A stretch of 64,000 bases of DNA from Hypanus sabinus (lineage: Eukaryota), in the NCBI RefSeq assembly GCF_030144855.1, contig NC_082714.1, forward strand, positions 36,394,001 through 36,458,000. The letters run 5' to 3'. Positions 39,270 through 53,300 of the stretch are shown piece after piece (positions within the stretch are counted from its first letter, which is position 1; every line of letters starts with the position of its first letter). The notes under the pieces were generated by a model. The model made no database searches. It was given only the letters and a program-made list of their open reading frames with translations, and was not told the DNA's origin. The position numbers and the translations under genes were made by a program.

Positions 39270-40040
39270 AGAAATTTGTGTAGATTTATCATGTCAGCAA
39301 CACCTTCGACAAATTTCTTTAGATGCACAGGAGATTATCCTAACTGACTTCATCACCGCCTAGTATGGAAGCACCAATGCCAGTGAACAGAAAGTGATGG
39401 GGACTGCCAGTCCATCACAGGAATGCAGACCCCACCATTGAATTCATCTACATGGGGTGCTGCCTCAGGAAAGCAGCATCCATCATTAAGGACCCCCACC
39501 ATCCAGGCCATGCTCTCTTCTTGCTGCTGCCATCAGAAAGGAGATACAGGAGCCTTGGGTTTCACACCACCAGATTCAGGAACAGTTATTACCCTTCAAC
39601 CATCAAGGCTCCTGAACCAGCGTGGATAATACAGAACCAATTCCACAGCCTAAGGTTTCACATTTACATATACCTGTCTGGACACGCCCCCCGCTGACTG
39701 CTCCTGTGGCTCCTCCCACAGACCCCGGTATAAAGGCGATTGAGGCCTGAGCCCTGCCCCCAGTCTCCAGGATGTAGTATGGTGGTCAATTACTGCTTGT
39801 TCTTTCTTCCAGTCAATAAAAGCCAATATCTCGCCTCACATCTCGGAGAGTTATTGACGGTGCATCAGTACTTTTTTTTTGTATTTGCTCAATTGTCTTT
39901 TGCACATTAATTGTCAGTCTTTGTCCGTGTATAGTTTTTCAATTGATTACATTGTATTCCTTTGCTCTACTCTGTATGCATGCAAGAAAATGAATGGTGA
40001 TATAAACATATTTTGATAATAAATTTTACTTTGAACTTTA
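39270..40040 (+). mobile_element. Rex1/Babar 3' portion containing a solo LTR
   Basis: IIKDPHHPGHALFLLLPSERRYRS; aataaattttactttgaacttt tail. Confidence 0.85.
39665..39867 (+). mobile_element. Solo LTR, family A copy 2 (5' ~10 bp lost)
   Basis: High similarity to 10667-10891; ends ggtgcatca. Confidence 0.88.
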
Positions 40041-42174
40041 ATGGAAAAGAGCATATGGTCTGATCCCTGTAGTCCAATGTTACTATACTATTTTCAGTAA
40101 AAGTGATCCGGCTGCAATCAGTCAACAGCACTGATGAAGTACAAGCAGAACATGAAGCACTCAAACTTTAAAACAAACTTTTGACTACTCTTACTTGATT
40201 GGCCACAGAGCTGTTATAGATAGACGAGAGAATGATGTTGAACTGGCATCATTTCTGAAACTGGGCAATGAAATAAACAAGTGATTCAGAACATACTTGG
40301 TTTCAACAGGAAGTCTGACTTCAGAATCTTAAAAGGCTTTGGTGTCTGAATTTAAAACCAAGGCAGTGCTTCCAGTTTCCAACACAGTGAAAAGATATTG
40401 ATCAGCATTTAGCTTCGAAGAAATGAGGCACCCTTTACTTTCCATATTAAAATGACTATAAAGAAAATGTTTTGATATTTCCTCACCAATAGTTATTGTC
40501 CATTTTGAAAGCTCAAATGCTCCCAGATTTTTCACTTCCGCAAGTCCAATATCCTGGAATGAAAATGATCAGTATTTGCCAGCTAGACCACCCTTAATAT
40601 CTAAAACTATTAAAGGTGATATTGGTGTTAACTGGGGCACTTCTAAGGCAAATACATGATACACTCCACCAGTTGCTTATAAATGACTCAAGTTAGATTT
40701 ATTTTAAATTAACAGATCAAATCCCTAATAGTTCATCAAAGATTTAAAAAAATTCAAAACACTATTTGAACTTTTAACCACAAGATTTCTTCCCTCAGTC
40801 TCCGAGTTGTGTTCCCGGAGTTGTGGATTTGTGATTTGTTACAGAATGTCAGAGTTCAACTCAAGGTCCATCAGCCTCAAGGCTTCACTGTAGACGATAC
40901 AACTCATTAGTGAAATCATTTGATGCGTCTTGTGACTTGCCATGGAAATAACCCACACTTGGTTAGGAGCCATATTTTCTCCAATAGAAGTCATGCTTGA
41001 AATTGAATTTAAAAAAACACCTTAATGTTACATAATTTAACTTGCGTAATTTTGCCCACTCCAATTAATAATTCTATCAAATCATTATTCCTAGATCAAA
41101 ATAGTCTCCTTTTGCTTTGGATAAGTTTAACAGTGTATTATGGAATAATATTAAATAAATTAGACACTTAATTGTGGCAACTTAAATTTGGACATGGTAC
41201 CAAAATCAAAAATAAATCTCATTTTACTTGCCTAGTAACTGAGCACTGAAACCTTCCCATATCAACGTAATTTGCTTTTATTTGTTAAATGTTACCCATT
41301 TAAAACTTGTATTAGAAATTAAAGGTAATTATTCAACAAACATCATACTGCCCTGCATTTAGCCAACCATAAGATGCAAGTTGCGCTACTGTCTTATCAA
41401 TTACAGTTCAGCATCCAAAACCATCACTTTGAGTTCTAATAACCAAACTTCAAAACATGAACCTCTGTACCTTCCTCTTTAACTAGAGCCTTGACTTCTT
41501 TAGTGGGAGATCATGGTCTCCAGCTTGTTGACAATACAGGTAGATTTCAAGGATGTGTGCTTAGCCCACTGCTCTAATCTCTCTAAACACTAAACACAGC
41601 TCAAACAGCATCTACAAGTTTGTTGATGACACCACAATGATTGATAGGTGTGCAAGAGTGAGAATATCAGCTATTTAAGTAGTACTGCAACGCTCGCCCA
41701 GTTGCACTCACAGCGACTGTGATGAAGTACTTTGAGAGGCTGATCACAGCCAGAATCAACTCATGCCCAAGCAAGAAGCTGCTGCAAATTTCCTATCGCC
41801 ACAACAGATCTACAGTGGATGCAACGTCACTGGCTCTCCACTTGGCCTTGGATCACCTGGACAATAGTGATACCTACATCAGGTTGCTGTTTATTGATTA
41901 CACCTCGGCATTCAACACCATCATACCCTCAGTTCCAATCAGCAAGTTCCAAACCCTGGGCTTCCATCTCCCTCTGCAACTGGATCTTTGACTTCCTCAC
42001 CAGGAGAACGGTCAAATGGATGCGTGCTTAGCCCACTGCACTACTCTCTCTCTACACCCATGACCATGTGACTAGCAAAGCTTAAATGCCATCTATAAAT
42101 TTGCCATGACACAACTATTGTTGCCAGATTTTCAGATGATGGGGTGGGGGGGGAAACATATAGGAGTGAGATAG

Positions 42175-42412
42175 TGTGGTGAACTATGTGCCTGTCTGGA
42201 CACACCCCCTGCTGACTGCTCCTGTGGCTCCTCCCACAGGCCCCTGTATAAAGGCGATCTGAGGCCTGACGCTCGGCCTCAGTCTCCAGGTCATAGTATG
42301 ATGGACACTCACTCCTGGTTCCTTCTTCCAGTCAATAAAATTGATGCACCATCAATAACTCACAGCCGATATCTCGCCTTACGTCTCAGTGTGAGTTATT
42401 GATGGTGCTTCA
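42175..42412 (+). mobile_element. Solo LTR, family A copy 3
   Basis: TGTGGTG...GCTTCA with perfect 5-bp TSD GATAG (42170-42174 / 42413-42417). Confidence 0.9.
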
Positions 42413-43023
42413 GATAGGTCAGCTGGTTGAGTAGTGTCACAACAACCACCTTGCACTCAATAGTAGTAAGACCATGGAATTGATTGTGGACAAGAGGGGG
42501 AAGTCATGGGGACATCAACCAGCCTTCATCAAGGGGATCAGAAGAGGAAAGGGTGTTAGCATCTTTGAGATCTTTCTTGGACCCAACATATTGATGCAAT
42601 TACATAGGAGGCATGACAGCAGCTCTACTAGGAGTTTGAGGAGACCTGGTATACCACCAAAGGTGCTCGCAAATTTCTACAGATGTACTGTGGAGAAGTC
42701 CGGTATGGAGGGGCCACTGCACAGAATCAGCAAAACTTGCAGAAGGTTGTAAACTCATCCAGCTCCATCATGAACACGAGCCTTCCCAACATAGAGGTCA
42801 CCTTCAAAAGGTGATGCCTCGAAAAGGTGCATCCATCATTAAGGAACTCCATCTCCCAGAACCTGCTACCATCAAGCAGGTGGGACACTAGTCTGAAGAT
42901 ACACACAATGTTTCAGGAACAGCTTCTCCACCATCATCAGATTTCTGAATGGACAATGAACCCATGAACACTACTCACTATTTCTTACACTTTGTGCACT
43001 GCTTATTTAACTTCTTATATATA

Positions 43024-43768
43024 CAGTGGATTCCAGTTAATTGGGCCATTGTTTAAGTCACTTATTAACAGAGAAAATAGCTGGGATGCCCTTCATTTAT
43101 TTGGGACACTGTGCAGCTTGGGGAAGGATATTATTGTCGAAGTTTCTAACTAGTGCCAGTCATGTACACTTGTGTGTCCATCAGACATTACACCATACTA
43201 AGAGCGATCAGTTTTTAAAATAGTGTCAGTTGTGTGTTTGTATTCAAAAAGCTGGGAATTTTGTCACCGAGTTGGCGAGAAATAAGCAGTATGACAATTT
43301 GAAACAGCACTGAGCAAAGTAGTTCTAAGCATTCAGGCTTCTGGTTGCCAGGAACAGCTGGGTGAAAATTAAATGATTTCACTACTTCAAGCTAATCACC
43401 TTGAACGTTACAATGAAAATGAAGATTTGGAATGTGCAATCATCTAAAGCATTATTTGAAGACAGTCCATTATCTGCACAAGGCATCAGCGCTGAATTTG
43501 TTCATTTACAGTCAATCAACATGGCAAATGAATTCCCCCATCGATGACCATTAGAAACTAACACATTTTTATTGTGGTGTAGTGGTAGTGGTAGTGTTCT
43601 AATTTATTCTGCATTTCATTTAAATACATAAATTGTAACTCAGCTAAATGGGGGTGTCTTTTTCAAACCTTTTAACTCTTTCCGTGAAACTTTGGCTAAC
43701 TGGAGCAGCTGCTTATTCTGGCCAAAATGTGTTGGTATCAACATATCCCAATTAACTGAAATCCACAG
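43024..43768. mobile_element. Tc1/mariner-superfamily (pogo/Tigger-like) MITE
   Basis: 22-bp TIRs CAGTGGATTCCAGTTAATTGGG / CCCAATTAACTGAAATCCACAG (2 mismatches), TA at both flanks, no transposase ORF. Confidence 0.88.
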
Positions 43769-44356
43769 TACTTATTGTAATTAAGCCTTTTATTATTATG
43801 AATTCTGCCGCAAAATAACACATTTCGTGACATATGCTTCTGATGTTAAACCTGATTCTGATTCCCGCAATGTCAGAGAAGAAAAACCAGTTGTGAAGAG
43901 TGAGTGGCATCAAGTTCATGGGTATTAACATTTCAGAGGATCTGTCCAGGCTCCAACACATCAATACAATCACAAAGGCAGCATGCCAGTGGCTCTACGT
44001 TGTGAGTTTGAGGAGATTTGGTATGTCTCTGAGATAAGTTTCTTGATGTATGGGTGAAGAGCATTTTAACTGGTTGTATCACAGCCTGGTGTGGAGCTTC
44101 CAAAGCACAGAATTGCAAGAGGCAGAGGGTTGTAGACACAGCCAACTCCATCACATATACTATCTTTCCTGCCATCAGGGACACCTTCAAGAGGTGGTGC
44201 TTCAGGAATGCAGTATCCGTCATTAATGGACCCTCACCTTCTGGACACACCCTCTTCTAGTTACAACCATCAGGGAGGATGCACAGGAGTCAAAAGATCC
44301 ACACAATGATTTAGGAACAGTTTCCACCAGATTTCTGCACAGTCCATGAACACTAG

Positions 44357-45200
44357 GCAAGGTAAGGTCATGTGTAGAGCACTTCTGAAACGCAAGGCAG
44401 TTCTAAGTGCTTTATGTAAAACAAGATATAAAAATTAAACATCAAATTTAAGACAATCTAAAAAGAATAAAATCACAACTAAAAATAAAGAAATAAAAGT
44501 TACAGTGCAGGAGATTCTAATTAAAAGCTACATTGAAAAGTTTGAAGCCTAGATTGAAGTTGGGGCAGGCTTCAGATCATCTGCAAGGTTATTCCAGATA
44601 CATGGAGCATAATAACTAAAAGGTGCTTCACCATATTTAGTTTTGACCCTGGGGATGGCAAACAGACCTACCCCAGACAATCTGAAAGCTCAGGAAGGTT
44701 CATAATGCAGCAAGAGTTCGGAGATGTATTTTGGCCCGAGATCATTCAGTGCTTTATATACCAGGAGTAGTATTTTGCAGTCAGTCCTCTGATAGACAGG
44801 AAGCCAGTGTGGTGATCTGAGAACTGGAGTGATGTGTTCTACTTTCTTGGTCTTAGTGAGGACTCTAGCAGCAGCATTCTGAATGAGCTCCAGCTGTCTG
44901 GGGGATTTTTTTAAAAAAAGAGACCTGTGAAAATTGAGTAGTCAAGACTACTAAAAATAAGTGCGTGGTTGTATTTTTCCAGATCTTGCTGAGACTCAAA
45001 CACTTTAACACTGATTATATTTTTAAGATGGTAGCAGGCTGACTTTGTAATTGCCTTAATGTGGCAGTTAAAATTTAAGTTGGAGCCCATCACAACACCA
45101 AGGTTTCCTCACCTGGTTTGTGGACCGTAACGGCTGGGATTCTAAGTTTTCATCGACTTTTAATTGTTCTTTCTTGGCACCAAAAACAATTATTTGTTTT
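44357..45200 (-). mobile_element. L2 LINE 3' fragment
   Basis: NLNFNCHIKAITKSACYHLKNI...HALIFSSLDY; IQNAAARVLT and HWLP read on the minus strand. Confidence 0.85.
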
Positions 45201-45302
45201 CTCTTTAACTGGAGGAATATTACTACCATATTATTCTTTTTAAAGTTTATTTTTATGTCTTTGCACTGTATTTCTGCTGCAAAGCAACAGATTTCATGCC
45301 AA

Positions 45303-45387
45303 ACACGAAATGCTGGAGGAACTCAGGAGGATGCATCTATGGAAAAGAGTACAGTTGACGCTTTGGGCCAATACCTTTCGGCAGGAC
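45303..45387 (-). repeat. Penelope-like terminal-repeat fragment with degenerate hammerhead-like core
   Basis: Minus strand gtcctgccgaaaggtattggcccaaagcgtcaac...catagatgc...gagttcctccagcattt. Confidence 0.6.
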
Positions 45388-45647
45388 ACAATTGCATGCT
45401 ATATGCCAATGATGTTAAACCATGTAGTCACTATTTCAGTTTTGGAGAAACTCATCAGACATCCAACTCTATTACATAATCTCCCTCAAGGTCAGGCAAC
45501 AGCTGATACTCTCCTGGATTTAATGGTTAGGGTAAAGACCAAACTCCCAGATGGTTCAAGGGTAATTAACACACTGGGTGTGGAAGAAAGAGTAAACTTA
45601 TCAAACTCTATTTTTGTATTTATCTGAATTCTGCTTATGTTCATCCA

Positions 45648-45975
45648 ACATAGAACATAGAATAGCACAGCACATTACAGGCCCTTCGACCCACAATGTT
45701 GTGCCGACCCTCAAACCCTGCCTCCCATATAACCCCCCCACCTTAAATTCCCCCATATACCTGTCTAGTAGTCTCTGAAACTTCACTAGTGTATCTGCCT
45801 CCACCACTGACTCAGGCAGTGCACTCCACACACCAACCACTCTCTGAGTGAAAAACCTTCCTCTAATATCCCCCTTGAACTTCCCTCCCCTTACTTTAAA
45901 GCCATGTCCTCTTGTACTGAGCAGTGGTGCCCTGGGGAAGAGGCACTGGCTGTCCACTCTGTCTATTCCTCTTAA
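45648..45975 (-). mobile_element. CR1 3' end
   Basis: TRGHGFKVRGGKFKGDIRGRFFTQRVV; catagaacatagaa tail. Confidence 0.9.
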
Positions 45976-46079
45976 TCCATCTCTAAAATTTCACATCCTC
46001 AATTTTATCACCAGGACTACCTTTTGCATTGATTCAGTAGCTTCCGATTGTGTTTTTCATACGTGGTGATTAGAATCAG

Positions 46080-46850
46080 AAAGTCAGAATCGGAGTCAAA
46101 CAGTACGGAAATAGTCCCTTCAACTCTCCACATCCAATAATCATCTATGTTGAACCCACTCACCAGCACCTTATCTAACTTGCTTGTCTAGATGGTTCTT
46201 AGATGTTGTGAGGTATCTACCTCCAGCTATCAGGCAATATAATTCAGGTTCCAACCATCATCTGGGTGGGAACATTCTTTCTCACGACACCTTTAAACTT
46301 ATTGTTTAACCCTAAACTTGTGCTTTCTAGTTTTAGATAGATCTTCTACAGAGAGAAAAAATATGCAGTATTATGCAAACTATGCCTCTTATAATTTATA
46401 TTTTTTAAAATCACATGCCATCTCAGCTAACTCCACTCCAATGTAAAAAAAAATGCATCCCAGCCAAAACCCTGGTGAGTCATTTCTGCACCTTCTCTTC
46501 ATATCCCTCCTACAAGTATGATAACCAGAACTGTACAGTGCTAACCAACATTTTATCAAGTTGTACTATTAACCTCCCCATTCTAATAGAGCCAAAGTTA
46601 TACAACAGTGAAACAGATCCTTCGGCCCAACTTGCTCATGCTGACCAAGTTGCCTGTTTGCCAGGGTTTGGCACACATACCTCACCTTTCCTATCCATGT
46701 ACCCCTTTAAATGTCCTTTAAATTTTGTAAATGCATCTGCCTTCACTACTTCCTCCGGCAGCTGACTATTCTGTGCCTTATTAATGAAGGTAAATATCTT
46801 TGATGCCTTCATCACTTTACCTGTACTGACACACCACGGTCCCTCTGTTC
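46080..46850 (-). mobile_element. Old CR1 3' remnants
   Basis: LPEEVVKADAFTKFKGHL; CR1-like UTR pieces. Confidence 0.55.
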
Positions 46851-47334
46851 GCAAATTCTGCCTGTAACACTTACTTACTAGTGATCTACCTATTTTTATT
46901 ACTGATCAATATCATACTGTAGCCTGCAACTGTCCTCCTCACTCCCAATCTAGGCAATCTTCTATTCAAGCTTCAGTTTTTAAAATTCAAAACTATAAAG
47001 AGATTTTCATTTAATTGAACTTAAATGAGAGTGCTAAGAATGTACTTATATTTAGTCAACATTTGAAAGACTTTCTACATTTAATGCTACTACTGGCAGT
47101 CCCTAAGACATCAGGCTTTTGTTCTCTGAAATAAGCAAGAGGGGGGTAAAAAAGACAGATGAAAATGTGAAAACCGACCGTCATTTCCCCCTTCTGGCTT
47201 GAGATTGAGAGAAATATTCTGAAAGCAGGTGATACTCAGGACAGACCTGAAATCATCTGAAGAAGCTCATACAAGGTTGTCATTGTATCCCAACTTTTAC
47301 CATCAAAACTTTGAGCCAGCTTTAAATCTACAGT

Positions 47335-50300
47335 GGGTACACATAAACTTTTTATTATACTGTATTTATACAAGAGTTTATACACTTTCAGAGTACAGAT
47401 TAGACACTAGTTTCCAGGTTACACTGTACTTGCATAGCATCTTTTATTCAACTGTATAGTTATGATGCATCTTCCAAATCTATATACAAATCAATGTAAA
47501 ATTCAGTTTTGGTTTTGGACAAAGGTCAGAGTAGGAGTGGAGAGGAGATGAAATAAGGAACTTGAAGGTATGTTACCAACATGAACTCACTGCATTTTAT
47601 GTGGCAATAGCTTGGCAAATTTGCGTCCCATAACTCAGCACCTGAAAGTGCATAATTATACAAACAGAAGACATTAAATACAAGCAACTACAATTCACAC
47701 AAAGTACACTTTAATATTTATAAAATCATATATACATAAACATAATAGAAACAATTTGAGTTAAAATACAGTTTGTACAATTAAAGGCAATGTTCATATG
47801 TTTTATCACTTCTTTACATTTCTAATTTAAACTCAGCAAGTTTAGTAGTGTAAGTATCAGCTGAGTCCATTACCAAGAATATGAGATGTTAAAAAAAAGT
47901 TTTAACTGCATTTATTATGTAGGTTTATTTTCTTCATAACAAAACAAAATTAAAAGATTCTAAAGGACATTAGGCAATAACTGTTAGCCCCATGACTTGG
48001 AATGCTTTTTGTTGGAAAACTAACAAATTTTGAGAATGCGGTCACTGAAGGAATCTATAAATCAGCCTCAATACCAAAATAAACAGTACCAAACATAGTC
48101 ACTGTGTCATGAGACAACAGCAGTTTGCTTTATAATTTTTCCTACTAAACGATTGATGTGGGGTTATTTCAATGTTGCCCAAAATTTTACATTCAACTAT
48201 GGCAAAGTGTTTTTCATTAGTTGTCATGGAAAAGAGCCTCAAAAACGAAAAGGGAGGAAGCTCTTAATGAGCAACTGCTATAAGCCTTTCAATTTTACTT
48301 TCATAGACATTGGCCTGCTATGTACGAGGCCAGAATTAAAGAGAACTTAAGGTTTTAAATTGAATTTCGCCTTGCAAGTGGGGGAAAATAAAAATACAAT
48401 TAAATAGGAGTAATTGGATCAGTAAATGTTTTGACAAGTCAATATCCAGAAGTTACATTATAGTCATAATGCATAAGGAATCAGTTCATTTATCAGTGCA
48501 AGATTCCTTTGTTTTCTTCAGCATCAAAATTGCCTCAAATGGGGAATAACGAAAAATCCAACAAAACATTGCCTTGATTCAATTGGTATCACACTCAAAT
48601 CAGTCGGCAAGTTCTTGTTTCACTTCAGTACAGCATCATTTAAGCTGCCATCTTTTGAGACCATTACATCTCTCCAGATGGATGCAATAAATCCTATAGC
48701 AACATTTGAAGAACAATGAGTTTCTTAAACCCCCCACCCCACCCAGTACGTGGTCAATTATTTCTCTAAAATAATCCTCATCAACAGATAGATTAAACTT
48801 CTTATTCATCATTCTGTTGCTTGAAGGACCAGATTGAACATAAAGCAACTGTCATGTTTAAGAACTTTACAACAGCTTAGAAGATGCTTCTTTAGTTGAT
48901 ATTTCAGGGAAATTGTATTATGTTCAGTTAATGACAGTATTTTCTTAATATGCAAATGAGTATTATTTTAAAATTCTGTTCATTTCATTAAAGAATTCTA
49001 GAAGTCAAGGCCACTGAATATTACAAGATTAATATTACCCTGAAACCAGAAAAACAGTTTAGACAACTCTATGATTACTTCCTGAGTGAGTACAGAACTT
49101 AACACTTGACAGAAGCAAATATACTACTCTTGGGCACATTTACACTACCAGACAGGACAGAACACATACAAAGCAAATCAGGTGCCACCCATTTAATAAC
49201 AAAAATTGCCATACTTTCTAGATCCACAAACATTACAACATGACATCTGCCCTAGGGCTAATTTTTGTCCAACATACTGGTGTTAAATTGGACTGGATTT
49301 TTAAAATGCAGCTTCATCTATAATGCTGGTGTCATTTAATAATTATGCATTTAAAAGGGCTTGTGCAACAGTCTTTATTGCTCTAGGTACAAAGATGGTG
49401 AGAATACTTGCACCAAATAGTATTGCCCTAAATGTGACACAATGCACTCAAGCTTCCTAATAAAGGTGACTCTTTCAAAGCTGTTATTTTACCTCCCAAC
49501 CTACTCTTTTGCTCAATATCCAAACCAAAACAAACACTGCAACACTGCAATCTATTGTACTCCACAAGCATCTTAAATATTCTGCACAAACACTGTAGAT
49601 TTATCATATCAAAAACAAACGTCACAATAACTTCTAGTTTTGTTTAGTGATGGGAAAGTTCAAAGTAAATTTATTATCAAAGTACATATATGTCACCATA
49701 TACACTCTGGAGATTCATTTTATTGCAGACAATCACAGTAAATACAACGTGTTGGATCAAATTCTGCAAAACAAGCACAAACTACAGGCCAATGCTCCAA
49801 TTTCTGAAGTGATGCTCCAGACATTAATCGTTGTGGTTCTTGTCAGCACTTACACACAGAAGATCTCAGCTTTATTTTGGAAGATGAGTAACCAGGTCTT
49901 TCCTGTTTATCTGACAACTAAAAATCTCTCAATAACTAAGAACATCAGAGATTATTGTGTGAATTCTACAGTTGGTAGAATTTTGTTGTTGCAGATTATG
50001 TGAAAATTATATCCTCTGCTTGAACTATAGTTATTTTGCATGGGAAGATGGAAGGTCATATTCTTGGAGCACAAGCTTCATCTATAAAAACTATTTGTAA
50101 GATTGTCTGTAATTAAACTGTTCACCTACACATCAGGGCTTTGCAGGATTAAAAACCTCAAATCTGAACCAGTTTTCCTGGAGATGAAATGATTAATACA
50201 GCAAGCCACTATGTAGTTCAGACTTCCATGCATCACACAGCTGTCACATTTCTCTGAACATTCACTGGTAAATGAGATCCCCATGATATTTCAACCACTG

Positions 50301-53300
50301 TTTTACCAATCATCTTCAAGATACAACATAGCATTACTTTATCAGCACAATTGAATATCTTATTTAGATACTGCCAATCTGCTAAAAAAAAACCTTCTGT
50401 CTTGGTCAAAGAACTTGTTCCACTAACACATAAAACCAAGCATTGTGAATTAAAATAAAAATCACTAAAGCGGATACAAAAAGTGACCAATAAGTAGTGG
50501 ATATGGCATCGTCCATCACAAGTAAAGCCCTTCCCAGCATTGAGCATATCTCCATGGAACGCTCTTGCAGGAAAGCAGCATTCATTATCCAGGCCAAGCT
50601 CTCTTCTCATTGCTGCCGTCAGGTGGTACAGGAGCCTCAGGACCTACACCAGCAGGTTCAGGAACAGGCTCTGGAACCAGAGGGAGCAACTTCACTCACC
50701 CCATCACTGAACTGAACGCAACCCCATGGATTCACTTTCAAAGTCTCTTCATCTCATGTTCTCGATAGTTATTATCATATTTTTCTTTGTATTTGTTTAG
50801 TTTGTCGTCTTTTGCACATTGGTTGTTTATCTATCTTGTCTTTCATTGATTATATTGTGTTTCGTTGTATTTACTGTGAATACCCAGCAGAAAATGAATC
50901 TCAGGGTTGTATATAGCACAGTATACAGTTACTTCAAACTTTATGTCCCATTCATTAAAATAATCATTTCTGGTTATTCATAGTGTCACTGTGTATTCAA
51001 ATTTCAAGTTTAGATGATGTTGGTCTAACATGATAAAGTTTAAATGCAAAAAAACAGATCCTTAGAACTAACAGAGTATGCAACATATAAGTCTGCATTT
51101 AAATTTAAAAGTAGCAACTTATTCAAAAGTGTGGCATTAAACAGAACCTGGCAAATTATCGTATAATGCAAACACATTGTAGTTTTTGTGGTTTCAACCC
51201 TCGTTCTAACAAAATTACCCACTCTTAGAATCTATTGCTCAGAATGATCATGGAACATTTTACAAGACTGACACCTGAAAACTTACATACAATCTTATTT
51301 CCTGCTCTGAAACAGAATAGTTATTGTTCACTTGAAATGGATTTTTAAAGAAATAAAAGTGTTGGGGTGGGAAGGAGCTGAAGAGAAATTGCAAGGAGAA
51401 CAAATTCCAGCCCCCACAAACCAGTACACACACACAAACACACGCAATGGCCATTTTAAAAACAGCAGAACTGCAAAATTACCTGCATAGGTAACTAATA
51501 TACCAACTGTGCAACACAACTATTGCATTAGAAAAGGAAATTAGCTCAATTTATTATGGAATGAAAAAGATGATTTATGACAAAGTCCAGCTAAGAAATT
51601 TGAAGTTAATAATATCTATCAACCCATCAACTTTTATATTAAACACAAAATATCAAAAGTTTAAGGCATAAACTTCCCTCTCTTGACAGTTTTATGAAAA
51701 TGCATTTTAAAAAAAACAACCACTACAGTGAAATGACTACAAAAAACACTCCTCTTGGAAATATTGTTCTTCTACCAACAAAGCTGGTCTTTCCGAACAG
51801 CTTATACCGAGATAAATTAGAACAGATAACAATTTTATGGTTAGCTAAAGCAATGACTGAGAGATGAGCCAAACAGCATTATTTTAATATTTCTTTCCCA
51901 GTATCATTAGATGGGAAGTGCACCTAAAAGAATATTACAAATTGTGTAAACCCGAAACAAAAGCATGCACACCTGGCTCTGTATTAATTCATTCCGGCAC
52001 ATATTAAAATATACTAGCCAAAAACAGTTAAATACAAAACTTATTTAGCACAATTTTGCATTAACTTGCAAGTAGGCCAAGGAGGAAAGTCACATAGGAC
52101 TACAGAGTAATGGAACAGAAAAATGAAAACCTGGACTGGTGAACATTGCGGGTGTTTTATTAGAACATTCGACAAAGGGCTGGCCAAAGCCTCCACAGGA
52201 TGGCCACAGTGCCTCTTAATCACATACATGGAGTAATCAATTACACATCAAGCTATCTTTGTATCGTGCTAAATATCTGTTCACTTTGCTTGTGTGCAAT
52301 TTCCAAATTTTGAGGGTTAAGCAAAAAAACAAAACTCAACCTGAAAATGTCAAAGTGAATTTTGTAAGGTCAGACAATTGTGGAAAGAGTTTTTCAAATG
52401 GTTAAGTAATTTATGTGGTTCCCAGGAAAACTATTTGTAACAACTACATTTTAATACTTGTCCATAAAGAACATCCGAGGTGCAGATTAATTCTTCAAGG
52501 TAGAAGACAAAAGTAGAAAGGTGGAAAGCAGAACTAAAATGGAAGTTTTTGCCAAAAGTGTCAAAATACTCTAATTATCTTTCTTAATTTTTCCAGAGAA
52601 TTAATTAATTGAACTTATGAATCTACAGTAAAATCCAAGGTTGGACAGTGAGGGGATGGTAGCTTGAAGCAGAAATTACCAGTAGAAATTCAAATATAAC
52701 ATTGTAAATACGTTTTGTTATCTTAAAATGGCTGGATTTCTCTACAACCATTCCTCTACACTTCACAGTGAAGAGATGAAATAAAATATTGACAACATTG
52801 ATGTCAGCTGGAAAAAAAACATGCACCAACAAATTGAGAATCACATTGTTTAGGCTGGCAAACTTGCAATATCAAATTTGTTCACCAAAAATCAAAACTA
52901 TCTACTTGTTTGTCTGTAGGTTAACCCAAATATTCAATAGGTCTCTATCTTTTTGCCAGAATTAAAATATTCCTTCTGAATTAATGCATTTAGGTTAATT
53001 TTGCATTCTAAAGGGATACAAAAAATAATGTTGCCCCAAATAAATTTTAATCTCAGGCAAAATCAGGCTGTTCAGGTTAGGAAGTTAACTATATAAATTT
53101 ATCATTTCTAGTTTCCTTGTTGTGTTAATGCTACATACAACAACCATTGCATCAAAACTCAAAAGTTGTGTCTAAGTTTTGCTTCCATTTCATTGCTGAA
53201 GATATTTCTTACTAAATGTGTGAGGCAAATTGGTACAGAAATTAAGTGTAGGATTCAAAGACAATGATTCTTAAGTAGTTATAATGGCCAGAATTAAGAT

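Larger units (their letters stand above)
41357..44355 (+). mobile_element. Cluster of Rex1/Babar fragments
   Basis: MKYFERLI, LLFIDYTSAFNT, SILTGCITAWCG; cctgattctgatt tail near 43850-43865. Confidence 0.8.
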
